Source of the DNA: Terriglobia bacterium
Lineage (GTDB): Bacteria > Acidobacteriota > Terriglobia > JAJPHL01 > JAPKYU01
Direction of reading: 5' to 3'
NCBI GenBank assembly: GCA_965223005.1
Contig: CBDCVK010000010.1
Coordinates: 416,001 to 480,000, forward strand
Length of the DNA: 64,000 nucleotides
Shown here piece by piece: positions 48,920-57,718 of the stretch; position 1 is the first letter of the stretch; each line of letters opens with the position of its first letter. The notes beneath the pieces were generated by a model. That model saw nothing but the letters and a program-made list of their open reading frames with translations. It ran no database searches and was not told the origin of the DNA. Made by a program: the position numbers and the translations under genes.

Positions 48920-49003
48920 ATCCAACGTTCCAAACCAAGGTCCAAGGTCAGGAACCCGGCTCGGAGCTTTCGACTTCAGGCTTTGGACTCTGGACCCCGG
49001 ACC
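48920..49003. repeat. inverted heptamer arrays (GTCCAAG / TTTGGAC type)
   Basis: ATCCAAC..CCAAG GTCCAAG GTCAGG ... TTTCGAC TTCAGGC TTTGGAC TCTGGAC CCCGGAC. Confidence 0.7.
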
Positions 49004-49259
49004 TGGCCTTCAGGACCTGCTGCAAGCCAGCCACCACCTGGCGCACGTCCTTCATCTGCTGCGCTACATGCTCCGGGATGGTGATATTAAACTCTTCCTC
49101 GAAAACGAACAACAGGCTGACCCCGTCCAGCGAATCAATACCCAGCTCTTCGAAGGTGGACTCCGGCGTCACGCGACCGGCGGGCAGCTTCTGTTGCGTG
49201 GTGATGATCGAGACCACCCGCGCGGTGAGTTCGGCTTCGCTGATCTCTAGGTGGCTCAT
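48948..49259 (-). CDS. acyl carrier protein
   Basis: ELGIDSLD phosphopantetheine site, EEEFNITIP; C-terminal tail encoded by heptamer repeats. Confidence 0.88.
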   Translation of the reverse strand: MSHLEISEAELTARVVSIITTQQKLPAGRVTPESTFEELGIDSLDGVSLLFVFEEEFNITIPEHVAQQMKDVRQVVAGLQQVLKARSGVQSPKPEVESSEPGS

Positions 49260-49404
49260 GAAAGCAATTCCGTGAGGCCTTCGGCAGCCACGTAAAGGAT
49301 CGTCGCGCTGATCCCTGCCGCCACTCCGGCCAGTTCCCCAGCCATGGGCGCTATTCTAGTGCGGTTCCAACCGAAACGGTCCATGTATTCTACCTAACCG
49401 GGAG

Positions 49405-49432
49405 CTTGGACTTTGGACATTGGAGCTTGGAC
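49405..49432. repeat. heptamer array CTTGGAC x4
   Basis: CTTGGAC TTTGGAC ATTGGAG CTTGGAC. Confidence 0.75.
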
Positions 49433-49440
49433 TGGATAGG

Positions 49441-50622
49441 ATGAACACCGACGCGCAGTCCGGAAACCCGCGTCCCGGTGATGCGCGGCCCGGCGCTGCG
49501 CTGCAACAAATGTTCCGCTTCGAGATCGTGGCTACCGATCCGCACACGCGCGCCCGTGCCGGACGCTTGCACACGCCCCACGGAACGGTCGAGACGCCGG
49601 TCTTCATGCCGGTAGGAACGCTGGGTACCGTCAAAGGCCTGACGCAGGAGGTGTTGGAGGAACTGGGAGCCGAGATTCTGCTGTGCAATACCTACCACCT
49701 CTACCTGCGGCCGGGCCACGACCGAATTCACAGCCTGGGCGGCCTGCACAGGTTCATGTCCTGGTCCCGTCCGATCGTCACTGACAGCGGGGGCTTCCAG
49801 GTGTTTTCGATGGCGGCCCTGCGCCGGCTCAGCGAGCAGGGGGTGACCTTCCGCTCGCACCTGGACGGCTCCGAACACTTCTTCTCGCCCGAATTTGCGC
49901 TGGAAGTTCAGAACGCTCTGGGAAGCGACATCGTTATGCCGCTAGACGACTGCACCGAGTTCCCGGTGAGTCACGAGCTGGCGCGCAAATCCATGGAGAT
50001 GACCCTGCGTTGGGCCGAGCGAAGTCGCAACCGCTGGCGGGAGCGTCCTGGGCCGGCAACCCTGTTCGGCATCATCCAAGGCAGCGTCTACCCAGACCTG
50101 CGCCGGGAATCGGCCGAGCGCACCGTAGAACTGGGCTTGGCCGGCTACGCCATCGGGGGGTTGTCGGTGGGCGAACCGCGCTCGCTCACTTTTGAGATGC
50201 TCGACGCTGCAGAGCCCTTGTTACCCCGCCACCAGCCCCGGTACATGATGGGAGCGGGCTCGCCGGAAGAACTGGCCGAGTACGTGGCTCTCGGGGTGGA
50301 CATGATGGACTGCGTGCTTCCCACCCGCAACGCCCGAAACGGGTTGCTGTTCACCTCGCAAGGACGCCTGATCATCCGCCATGCCTGCTACGCTGAGGAC
50401 CCCAAACCGCCCGACGAACGGTGCGGCTGCCCCGTGTGCCGTCGCTATTCGCGCGCCTACTTGCGGCACCTGTTTCTGTCGGGTGAAATTCTTTCCAGCG
50501 TGTTGAATACAATCCACAACTTGTACTTTTACCTTGACAGGATGCGCCAGATCCGGCACGCTATTTTGCTTGGAGGCTTTTCGGAATTCCTTGCAGTTGC
50601 GCGCTCACAATCGGAAGCTTAA
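49441..50622 (+). CDS. tgt: tRNA-guanine transglycosylase
   Basis: TPVFMPVGT, NTYHL, TDSGGFQ, LDDC, GGLSVGE, DCVLPTRNAR, C.CPVC..H zinc site. Confidence 0.96.
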   Translation: MNTDAQSGNPRPGDARPGAALQQMFRFEIVATDPHTRARAGRLHTPHGTVETPVFMPVGTLGTVKGLTQEVLEELGAEILLCNTYHLYLRPGHDRIHSLGGLHRFMSWSRPIVTDSGGFQVFSMAALRRLSEQGVTFRSHLDGSEHFFSPEFALEVQNALGSDIVMPLDDCTEFPVSHELARKSMEMTLRWAERSRNRWRERPGPATLFGIIQGSVYPDLRRESAERTVELGLAGYAIGGLSVGEPRSLTFEMLDAAEPLLPRHQPRYMMGAGSPEELAEYVALGVDMMDCVLPTRNARNGLLFTSQGRLIIRHACYAEDPKPPDERCGCPVCRRYSRAYLRHLFLSGEILSSVLNTIHNLYFYLDRMRQIRHAILLGGFSEFLAVARSQSEA

Positions 50623-50736
50623 GGTCTAGTTTCCCATCGCGGGCCGTGCGGGCTTGCCGGCAGACCAGTTGCAGACTTCCGTTAGGATCTGGCCCGCGTC
50701 CTGGCGGGAAGAGTCAAGCTCCACCTGAAATCTGGA

Positions 50737-51081
50737 ATGGATCGGGGACAAACAGGGTTGTTTGCGGGATTGACATTCTGGCTTCAAACAGGCGGGTTGG
50801 ACCAAATCCTCCGCGCGATGTTCCCTTTCTTCCTCATCTTTGGGATCTTTTATGTGCTGTTGTTTCTTCCCCAGCAGCGCCGCCAAAAGCAGCAAAGGGA
50901 GATGCTGGCGAATCTGAAGAACGGCGACCGCGTGATCACCACCGGCGGCATCCGCGGCACCATCGTGGGCCTCAAGGAAGATTGCATCCACCTCCGCGTG
51001 CCACCTCAGGACATCCGCCTGGAGGTCTCACGGGCCGCCGTGGCTGGCCTGGTGAGCGTCGAAGAGAAGAAATCCGGGTAG
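50737..51081 (+). CDS. yajC: preprotein translocase subunit YajC
   Basis: One TM, PQQRRQK, LKNGDRVITTGGIRG; tgt-yajC-secD-secF synteny. Confidence 0.93.
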   Translation: MDRGQTGLFAGLTFWLQTGGLDQILRAMFPFFLIFGIFYVLLFLPQQRRQKQQREMLANLKNGDRVITTGGIRGTIVGLKEDCIHLRVPPQDIRLEVSRAAVAGLVSVEEKKSG

Positions 51082-51091
51082 GTCTCGGCCA

Positions 51092-52702
51092 ATGAAACGG
51101 AACTTGGTTTACAGGACCCTCCTCATCGCAGCTGTGGTCCTGGCTTGCGTCGGGGGCATCTTCGGCCTGCCGAACAGTTGGGAGAAGGCCAAGGCGAATG
51201 CCGCCCAGCGAATCCGCCTGGGGCTGGACCTGAAAGGGGGCACGCACCTGATCCTCCAGGTACACGTGGAGGACGCGGTGAAGGCCGAAACAGATCAGAC
51301 CGTGGACCGGCTCAAGGAATTGCTGCGGCGGGGGGAAATCCGCTACGACGAAATTCACCACCCAGAAGGCACGACCCAGATCCTGGTGCGGGGCGTTCCT
51401 TCCGAACAAAGCAGAGAGTTTCGCGGTCTGCTGAACGACGAGCGGTTCAGTACGATCTGGGACTACGCTTCTGGCGCCAATAGCGAGTGGAGCCTGCGCA
51501 TGAAGCAAAGCGCGGTGCGCTCTATCCAGGATGATGCTGTGAAGCAGTCGGTGGAAACCATCCGTCGCCGTGTGGACGGGAAGGGCCTAAAGGAACCGGG
51601 CATCCAGCAGCATGGCCGAGGCGAGCACGAGATCCTAGTGCAGTTGCCCGGCGTGGATGATCCGGCCGAAGTGAAGGAGCTCATGCAGGAAACGGGGATG
51701 CTGGAGATCAAAGAAGTCAAGGACCAGCAAGCCTACTCCTCGCCGGAGAGAGCCCGGGCCGCCAAAGGCGGAGTGCTTCCGGGAGGATCCATCATCTTGA
51801 GGTCGGTGGAACGGAATGGGGCAGGTGCCGATAGCGGCGACCAGTGGTATATCGTGAGCCGGACCTCGATCATTACGGGCCGCGACCTACGCACCGCCCA
51901 GGTGGGCCGCGACGACTTTGGGCAACCGACGGTGAACTTCAGCATCAAGTCCGAAGGCGCACAACGCTTTGGGAGCTATACGGAGGCGAACGTCGGAAAC
52001 TACATGGCCGTGGTCCTGGACAACAAGATCTACAGCGTAGCCGAGATTAAGGATCGGATTGCTGACCAGGGGCAAATCACTGGCGGCTTTAACCTCGACC
52101 GAGCGCGCATTCTGGCCGAAGTGCTGAAGAGCGGGGCGCTGCCGGCCAGGATCAGCTACCTGGAAGAGCGCACGGTTGGGGCCTCCCTGGGGGCCGATTC
52201 CATCCGAAAAGGTTTCTTCTCGGCCCTGGTGGGCCTGGCGGCGATCGCGTTCTTGATGCTGCTTTACTATAAGTGGTCCGGGGTGAATGCCGTGGTGGCC
52301 CTGGCCCTGAACCTGCTCTTGGTGCTTGCCGCCCTGGCCTACTTTGGCGCCGTGCTCACACTGCCAGGAATCGCCGGATTAGTTCTGTTGATCGGCATGG
52401 CAGTGGATTCTAATGTCTTGATTTTCGAGCGCATACGAGAGGAACTGAGGGCCGGCAAGAATGTCCCGGCAGCGATCACGACCGGATTTGAGAAGGCTTT
52501 TCTTACGATCATTGACACCCACGTGACCACGGTGGTGGCCTGCGTATTTCTTGGCCTGCTCGGGAGTGGGCCAGTCCGTGGGTTTGCTGTGACTCTGGTC
52601 ATAGGACTCATGGCCAACGTGTTCACGGCCGTTTTCGTTTCCCGGACTATCTTCCTGTGGGGAGTGCATCGGGCCCGAGGGCAGCCAACTATCAGTATCT
52701 AG
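51092..52702 (+). CDS. secD: protein translocase subunit SecD
   Basis: LGLDLKGG, I.VQLPG, VG.SLG.DSI, TLPGIAG, GMAVDSNVLIFERIREE. Confidence 0.96.
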   Translation: MKRNLVYRTLLIAAVVLACVGGIFGLPNSWEKAKANAAQRIRLGLDLKGGTHLILQVHVEDAVKAETDQTVDRLKELLRRGEIRYDEIHHPEGTTQILVRGVPSEQSREFRGLLNDERFSTIWDYASGANSEWSLRMKQSAVRSIQDDAVKQSVETIRRRVDGKGLKEPGIQQHGRGEHEILVQLPGVDDPAEVKELMQETGMLEIKEVKDQQAYSSPERARAAKGGVLPGGSIILRSVERNGAGADSGDQWYIVSRTSIITGRDLRTAQVGRDDFGQPTVNFSIKSEGAQRFGSYTEANVGNYMAVVLDNKIYSVAEIKDRIADQGQITGGFNLDRARILAEVLKSGALPARISYLEERTVGASLGADSIRKGFFSALVGLAAIAFLMLLYYKWSGVNAVVALALNLLLVLAALAYFGAVLTLPGIAGLVLLIGMAVDSNVLIFERIREELRAGKNVPAAITTGFEKAFLTIIDTHVTTVVACVFLGLLGSGPVRGFAVTLVIGLMANVFTAVFVSRTIFLWGVHRARGQPTISI

Positions 52703-52854
52703 GGCAATATCTCAGGTAGCTTTGTGGAAGAACCTGCCCCTGGACAAATCCGCGGGTTTGGGAACATAATCAGGATCGCTGGTGTCTAGACTAAGTAGGG
52801 AGCGTGTGTTGGGAGGGTGAGCTGGGGGATCTGGGTAAAGGATCCTGGACGTAG

Positions 52855-54108
52855 ATGGAGCTTCTTCGGAACGCCAACTATAACTTCCTTGGCCGGAAGT
52901 GGGCTTTTGTTGCCGTGTCGCTTCTGCTAAGCCTGGGGGGACTTGCCTCCTTGTTGGTAAAGGGCGGTCCGCGGTACGGCATCGATTTCCGCGGCGGCAC
53001 CCTCGTGTACGTGAAGTTCCAGCAGCCGCCGTCTCTGGACCATCTCCGCAATTCGCTGAAAAAAAAGGGTTTGGGGGAGAGCACTATCCAACGCTATGGC
53101 CAGGCGCGGGAGAACGAGGTCATCATTGGCCTGGAGCAGAAAGAGGGCTTGGAGAAGAAAGAGCAGACTGGCGCGTCGCTAGATTCGGGCACGGACAATC
53201 CCCTGGAAAAGATGCGCGCAACCGTACTGGAGACCTTGCGCGAGACCTTCGCGGGCGATCAGGGACAGAAGGCCGACCTGAATAACATCGGACGGGATAC
53301 TCTGCTCAACCATTTGGTAGCGTTGGGACTGGGGGATCAGGAGGCGGCCAGCCTTGCGGATGGTATCCTCGACCGCCGGACAAGAAGGTCCGGATTGCTC
53401 GCTGGTGTCTCCGATTTGCGCGGCCTGCCCGGCCTGACGCCCCAGTTGGAGCAGACCATGACCCGCGAGTTCCTCTTTGCTCCCTATGCCGTCCGCAACG
53501 CCGAGTTTGTCGGCCCCAAGGTAGGCGCCACGCTTAGCCGTCAGGCCCTGTACGCCACCTTGTACGCGCTGACAGGCATGCTGATTTATATTGCTTTTCG
53601 ATTTGAGTTTGTGTATGGAGTGGCAGCAGTTATCGCTACATTGCACGATGTAATTATTACCATCGGGTTTCTCTCGTTGTTCAACATCGAGGTCAGCCTG
53701 ACGGTGGTGGCGGCGCTATTGACCCTGGTTGGCTTCTCCGTGAACGATTCGATCGTGGTTTTTGACCGGATCCGGGAAAACCTGAAGCTGATGCGGCGCG
53801 AGGGACTTGCCCAGGTCGTCAACCGGAGCATCAACCAAACCCTAAGCCGGACCATCTTGACCTCCGGTTTAACTTTTATTACAGTGCTTTCCTTGTTCTT
53901 GTTCGGCGGGGCCGTGTTGCATGGCTTCGCGTTCGTACTGGTCGTAGGCGTCTTAGTTGGGACCTACTCTTCCATTGGCATCGCCGCACCGATCGTGGTG
54001 GTCTGGCAGCAATGGCACGAGAGCCGCGGCGGCAGCGGCAGAGTAGTTACTTTGGAGAAGGCTCGGACCCGCGCAAAACCCAGAGTGAGCGCGGGCGTTA
54101 GAGCATAG
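52855..54108 (+). CDS. secF: protein translocase subunit SecF (enlarged periplasmic domain)
   Basis: GIDFRGG, VGPKVG, YIAFRF, HDV, GFSVNDSIVVFDRIREN, TLSRTILTS, GTYSS. Confidence 0.95.
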   Translation: MELLRNANYNFLGRKWAFVAVSLLLSLGGLASLLVKGGPRYGIDFRGGTLVYVKFQQPPSLDHLRNSLKKKGLGESTIQRYGQARENEVIIGLEQKEGLEKKEQTGASLDSGTDNPLEKMRATVLETLRETFAGDQGQKADLNNIGRDTLLNHLVALGLGDQEAASLADGILDRRTRRSGLLAGVSDLRGLPGLTPQLEQTMTREFLFAPYAVRNAEFVGPKVGATLSRQALYATLYALTGMLIYIAFRFEFVYGVAAVIATLHDVIITIGFLSLFNIEVSLTVVAALLTLVGFSVNDSIVVFDRIRENLKLMRREGLAQVVNRSINQTLSRTILTSGLTFITVLSLFLFGGAVLHGFAFVLVVGVLVGTYSSIGIAAPIVVVWQQWHESRGGSGRVVTLEKARTRAKPRVSAGVRA

Positions 54109-54143
54109 GTTTCGTCGTGGCGCGAAACCGGGGGGCGTAAGAC

Positions 54144-54887
54144 ATGTTTGAGCAAAGTTTGTTGGAGTTGGCGGAGATGGGCAAGACCAAGAAGCCTTAC
54201 ACCGTGCTGATCTCCACGATCTGCCAGTGTTTTCTCGTCGGGATTCTGATCCTGATCCCGTTGATTTACACGGAGGCTCTGCCCGGTGGGGAACTGATGA
54301 CGTTTCTGGTGGCGCCACCGCCACCACCACCGCCTGTTGCTGACATCGCAGAGATTGTGAAGAAGATAATTCCGAAGGAATTTGATGCCGGACGCCTGCT
54401 CGCTCCCAAGGAGATTCCCGAGGAAATCGCGATCATCAAGGAAGAAGAGTTGCCTCCTCCCTCGGCCGCCGTGGCTGGCGTCGTTGGAGGTGTCCCTGGC
54501 GGTATCCCTGGTGGCACGCCGGGCGGGGTCATCGGCGGTATCATTAGCTCCACGCCCCTCGTGGCGCCGCCTCCCCCACCACCCAAGCCAGTAACCCCGA
54601 AGCGCATTCGCGTGGGCGGAAGTGTGCAAAAAGCCCGGTTGATCAACCAGCCTAGGCCACGCTATCCGCCTTTGGCGAAGCAGGCGCGCATCCAGGGGAC
54701 CGTGCAACTGGAGGCAGTCATCGCCAAGGACGGCACCATCCAGCAGCTGCGGGTGGTCAAAGGCCACCCCCTGCTGGTTCAGTCGGCACTCAATGCCGTG
54801 CGGCAGTGGCGCTACGCGGCGACCGTTTTGAATGGCCAACCGGTGGAAGTTGCCACCACCATTGATGTGATATTCACTCTGATGTAG
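54144..54887 (+). CDS. tonB: energy transducer TonB
   Basis: N-terminal TM, Pro-rich linker, GV.GG repeats, P.YPPLAKQARIQG.V..., AVRQWRY. Confidence 0.9.
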   Translation: MFEQSLLELAEMGKTKKPYTVLISTICQCFLVGILILIPLIYTEALPGGELMTFLVAPPPPPPPVADIAEIVKKIIPKEFDAGRLLAPKEIPEEIAIIKEEELPPPSAAVAGVVGGVPGGIPGGTPGGVIGGIISSTPLVAPPPPPPKPVTPKRIRVGGSVQKARLINQPRPRYPPLAKQARIQGTVQLEAVIAKDGTIQQLRVVKGHPLLVQSALNAVRQWRYAATVLNGQPVEVATTIDVIFTLM

Positions 54888-54998
54888 TGGCAGATTTGGC
54901 CGCAGGCGGAGGCAGTTGGCGATGTAGCCGCCCCGGCTCAGTTTTCGTTCCGTATTTTGAACATCGCACTCAACACCTGAAAGGGAGATAGAGAAACA

Positions 54999-55736
54999 AT
55001 GCTAACCGTTCATTTAAGTTCGTTGGCCCTGTGGCTGTTTCAGGGAGCCCCCATCGGATGGGACCTCATGTCGATGTGGAAACAGATGGGCTGGGGCGCC
55101 CGGGGGATCGGGATCGGGCTGTTCGTAATGTCCGCTTGGTCCATTGGCGTGATGATTGACCGATGGATCGCTTTTTCCGCGGCCCGGAAACAGTCCCGCC
55201 AGTTCGCACCGGCCGTGGCCGGGGCCTTGCGCGAAGGCAAGATTGACGAAGCCATCCACATTGCCGAGCGCCACAAGAAGAGTCACTTGGCCAAGGTGGT
55301 CACTGCCGGTCTGCAGGAATTTCAGGCGCACCAGCTAAGTGCGGAAATTCCCGGTGAAGAGATCGAGGCTTCCAAGCGGGCACTGGACCGCGCCGGGGCC
55401 ATTGTTCACGCCGAATTGAAACGCGGCCTGAGTGGCCTGGCTACGATCGGGTCGACCGCCCCCTTCGTGGGGCTCCTCGGCACCGTAGTGGGCATCATTA
55501 ACGCGTTTCGCGGAATTTCCGCTGAAAAGTCCACCGGCTTGGCGGCGGTGGCGGGTGGAATTGCCGAGGCCCTGGTGCTCACCGCGCTCGGCTTGTTCGT
55601 AGCCATTCCGGCCGTGTGGATGTACAACTACTTCACCACTAGGGTAGATGGCTTCGACGTGGAAATGGACAACAGCTCCAGTGAATTGATTGATTATTTC
55701 CTGAAGCGTTCGCAAGCCCGCGCGGCCCGGAAGTAG
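54999..55736 (+). CDS. exbB: MotA/TolQ/ExbB proton channel
   Basis: LATIGSTAPFVGLLGTV.GI, GIAEAL..TA.GL.VAIPA. Confidence 0.92.
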   Translation: MLTVHLSSLALWLFQGAPIGWDLMSMWKQMGWGARGIGIGLFVMSAWSIGVMIDRWIAFSAARKQSRQFAPAVAGALREGKIDEAIHIAERHKKSHLAKVVTAGLQEFQAHQLSAEIPGEEIEASKRALDRAGAIVHAELKRGLSGLATIGSTAPFVGLLGTVVGIINAFRGISAEKSTGLAAVAGGIAEALVLTALGLFVAIPAVWMYNYFTTRVDGFDVEMDNSSSELIDYFLKRSQARAARK

Positions 55737-55804
55737 TAGCCGGCCGGCGGCGGTATGCTGCAAAAGCGCGACAGAACCCGACACGGGACCAAGGAGACAG
55801 TGTC

Positions 55805-56248
55805 ATGGCACTGACCAAACGCGTGAATGCGATGAATTCGGACATCAACGTCACCCCGATGGCGGACGTGATGTTGGTGCTTCTGATTATTTTCATGGTG
55901 ATTACGCCGATGCTGCAGAAAGGCGTCAGCGTGGACCTGGCTAGGACCAAAAACCCGCATGCAATGAAGGCTGCTGACAGGGACGATGCGATCGTGGTGG
56001 CCATCACCCGGGATGGCGCCATCTTTCTGCAACACCCCACGGGAGCGACCAAGGTTCGGGCCGAGACCTTGACCCCCACGGTGAAGGACCTGGTTTCGAA
56101 TCGTTTGGACAAAACGGTCTACATCAAGAGCGACGCCCGCGCCAAGTATAAGGATGTCGTGGACGTAGTAGACAATGTCCGGTCAGCCGGGGTCGACAAA
56201 CTGGGTATGCTCACGGAAAAGATTGATACGATTCCTAGCGGCGGCTAG
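55805..56248 (+). CDS. exbD: ExbD/TolR protein 1
   Basis: INVTPMADVMLVLLIIFMV, IKSD..Y..V. Confidence 0.9.
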   Translation: MALTKRVNAMNSDINVTPMADVMLVLLIIFMVITPMLQKGVSVDLARTKNPHAMKAADRDDAIVVAITRDGAIFLQHPTGATKVRAETLTPTVKDLVSNRLDKTVYIKSDARAKYKDVVDVVDNVRSAGVDKLGMLTEKIDTIPSGG

Positions 56249-56269
56249 TCGCCGTCGCTCGAGGATTTG

Positions 56270-56293
56270 CCCCTTGCTCTAGCCAGCAAGGGG
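56270..56293. other. intergenic hairpin between the two exbD genes
   Basis: CCCCTTGCT-ctagcc-AGCAAGGGG 9-bp stem. Confidence 0.5.
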
Positions 56294-56331
56294 GTCAGCC
56301 CGGATTTTAGGCTGGAGGAGGAAGAATCGTT

Positions 56332-56760
56332 ATGGCAATGGCGGTAGGCGAAAAAAAAGGAAACTTGTCCGACATCAACATCACACCGTTGATTGACGTT
56401 CTGCTGGTGCTGATTATCATCTTCATGGTAATCACCCCGCTGACACCCAAGGGGCTGGATGCGCTAGTGCCCCAGCCTAACCCGAATCCCACAGCTCCGC
56501 CACCCGACCAGGTGTCCCGTACCATTGTGATCCAGATCGACGCCAACAAGCAGTTGAGGATCAATCAGGAGGTGGTTAGCGAGAGGACTCTAGGGCCGCG
56601 CCTGGAAGACATCTTCAAGACCCGGGCCGAGCGCGTGGCGTTCGTCAAGGGCGATCCCAGCCTGGAGTGGCTCGAGGTCGCTCGTGTCATTGACATTGCC
56701 ACAGGCGCTGGCATTGACAAGGTTGGTCTGATCACGGCGAAGATCGAGGCAGGCGAATAG
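56332..56760 (+). CDS. exbD: ExbD/TolR protein 2
   Basis: INITPLIDVLLVLIIIFMV, VKGD. Confidence 0.9.
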   Translation: MAMAVGEKKGNLSDINITPLIDVLLVLIIIFMVITPLTPKGLDALVPQPNPNPTAPPPDQVSRTIVIQIDANKQLRINQEVVSERTLGPRLEDIFKTRAERVAFVKGDPSLEWLEVARVIDIATGAGIDKVGLITAKIEAGE

Positions 56761-56833
56761 CGAGTGACGGACGGCAGGAAACATTCCTGGGGCGGAAGCC
56801 TCCGACCCGGGAGAAGGTAGAAAGGGAGGAAAG

Positions 56834-57619
56834 ATGCGCCATCCTACCAAACTCAGCGCGTTGGCTGCGGTCCTGTTGGCGGCGCTGGTGGCCACTGGTT
56901 GTCAGCAGCTCAAGGCGCGCGACCAGCTCAACAAGGGTGTCCGGTCCTACAGGAGCGCGCGGTACCAAGAAGCCATCGAGCATTTCAAACGGGCGACCGA
57001 GCTGGACCCGAGTCTGCTCAATGCGCGGATCTATCTGGCGACCGCTTACGCCAACCAATTCATGCCTGGGGTGGACTCGGAAGAGAACATGCGGAACGGC
57101 GAGCAGGCGATCGTCGAATACCAGAGGGTGCTGAAGGTCGACCCCCAGAACGTCAACAGCGTGGCCGGAATTGCCAACATCTATCTCAACATGAAGAGGA
57201 TGGAGCAAGCCAAAGAGTGGTATCAGAAGCAAATCCAGATTAATCCTTCCGACCCGCAACCCTACTACTCGGTAGGCGTGATTGACTGGACCCAGACCTA
57301 CCAGCCTCGCATGGAAGTGAAGGCGGCGTTGGGAATTGGGCCCGACGAGCCCATCAAGGACCGCGAGGTCCGCGAGGACCTGTGCGAAAACAATATGCCG
57401 CTCATTGAGGAAGCCTTCACCATGTTGAACAAGGCCGTCGAGCTACGCCCCGACTATGACGACGCCATGGCCTACATCAACCTGATGTACCGCGAACAGG
57501 CCGACTGCCAGGCTTCTGAGGAAGCCCGCGCGGAAGACCTGAAGAAGGCTGACGAGTGGATCCAGAAGACGCTGGAAGTCAAGAAACAGAGAGCCGAGAA
57601 GACCGCCACGGGACAATAA
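56834..57619 (+). CDS. TPR-repeat lipoprotein
   Basis: Lipobox ATG-C; tandem TPRs (EAIEHFKRATELDP, YQRVLKVDP, KAVELRPDY). Confidence 0.85.
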   Translation: MRHPTKLSALAAVLLAALVATGCQQLKARDQLNKGVRSYRSARYQEAIEHFKRATELDPSLLNARIYLATAYANQFMPGVDSEENMRNGEQAIVEYQRVLKVDPQNVNSVAGIANIYLNMKRMEQAKEWYQKQIQINPSDPQPYYSVGVIDWTQTYQPRMEVKAALGIGPDEPIKDREVREDLCENNMPLIEEAFTMLNKAVELRPDYDDAMAYINLMYREQADCQASEEARAEDLKKADEWIQKTLEVKKQRAEKTATGQ

Positions 57620-57718
57620 GCACGCTGTTTCTTCTATAATTAGCCTTGCATCGGGTTTCCCGCGAGCAAGGCTATTGTTTTCTTCTTTCTCTGTAGTGGT
57701 TCGGAGCTGCGCCGCTTT

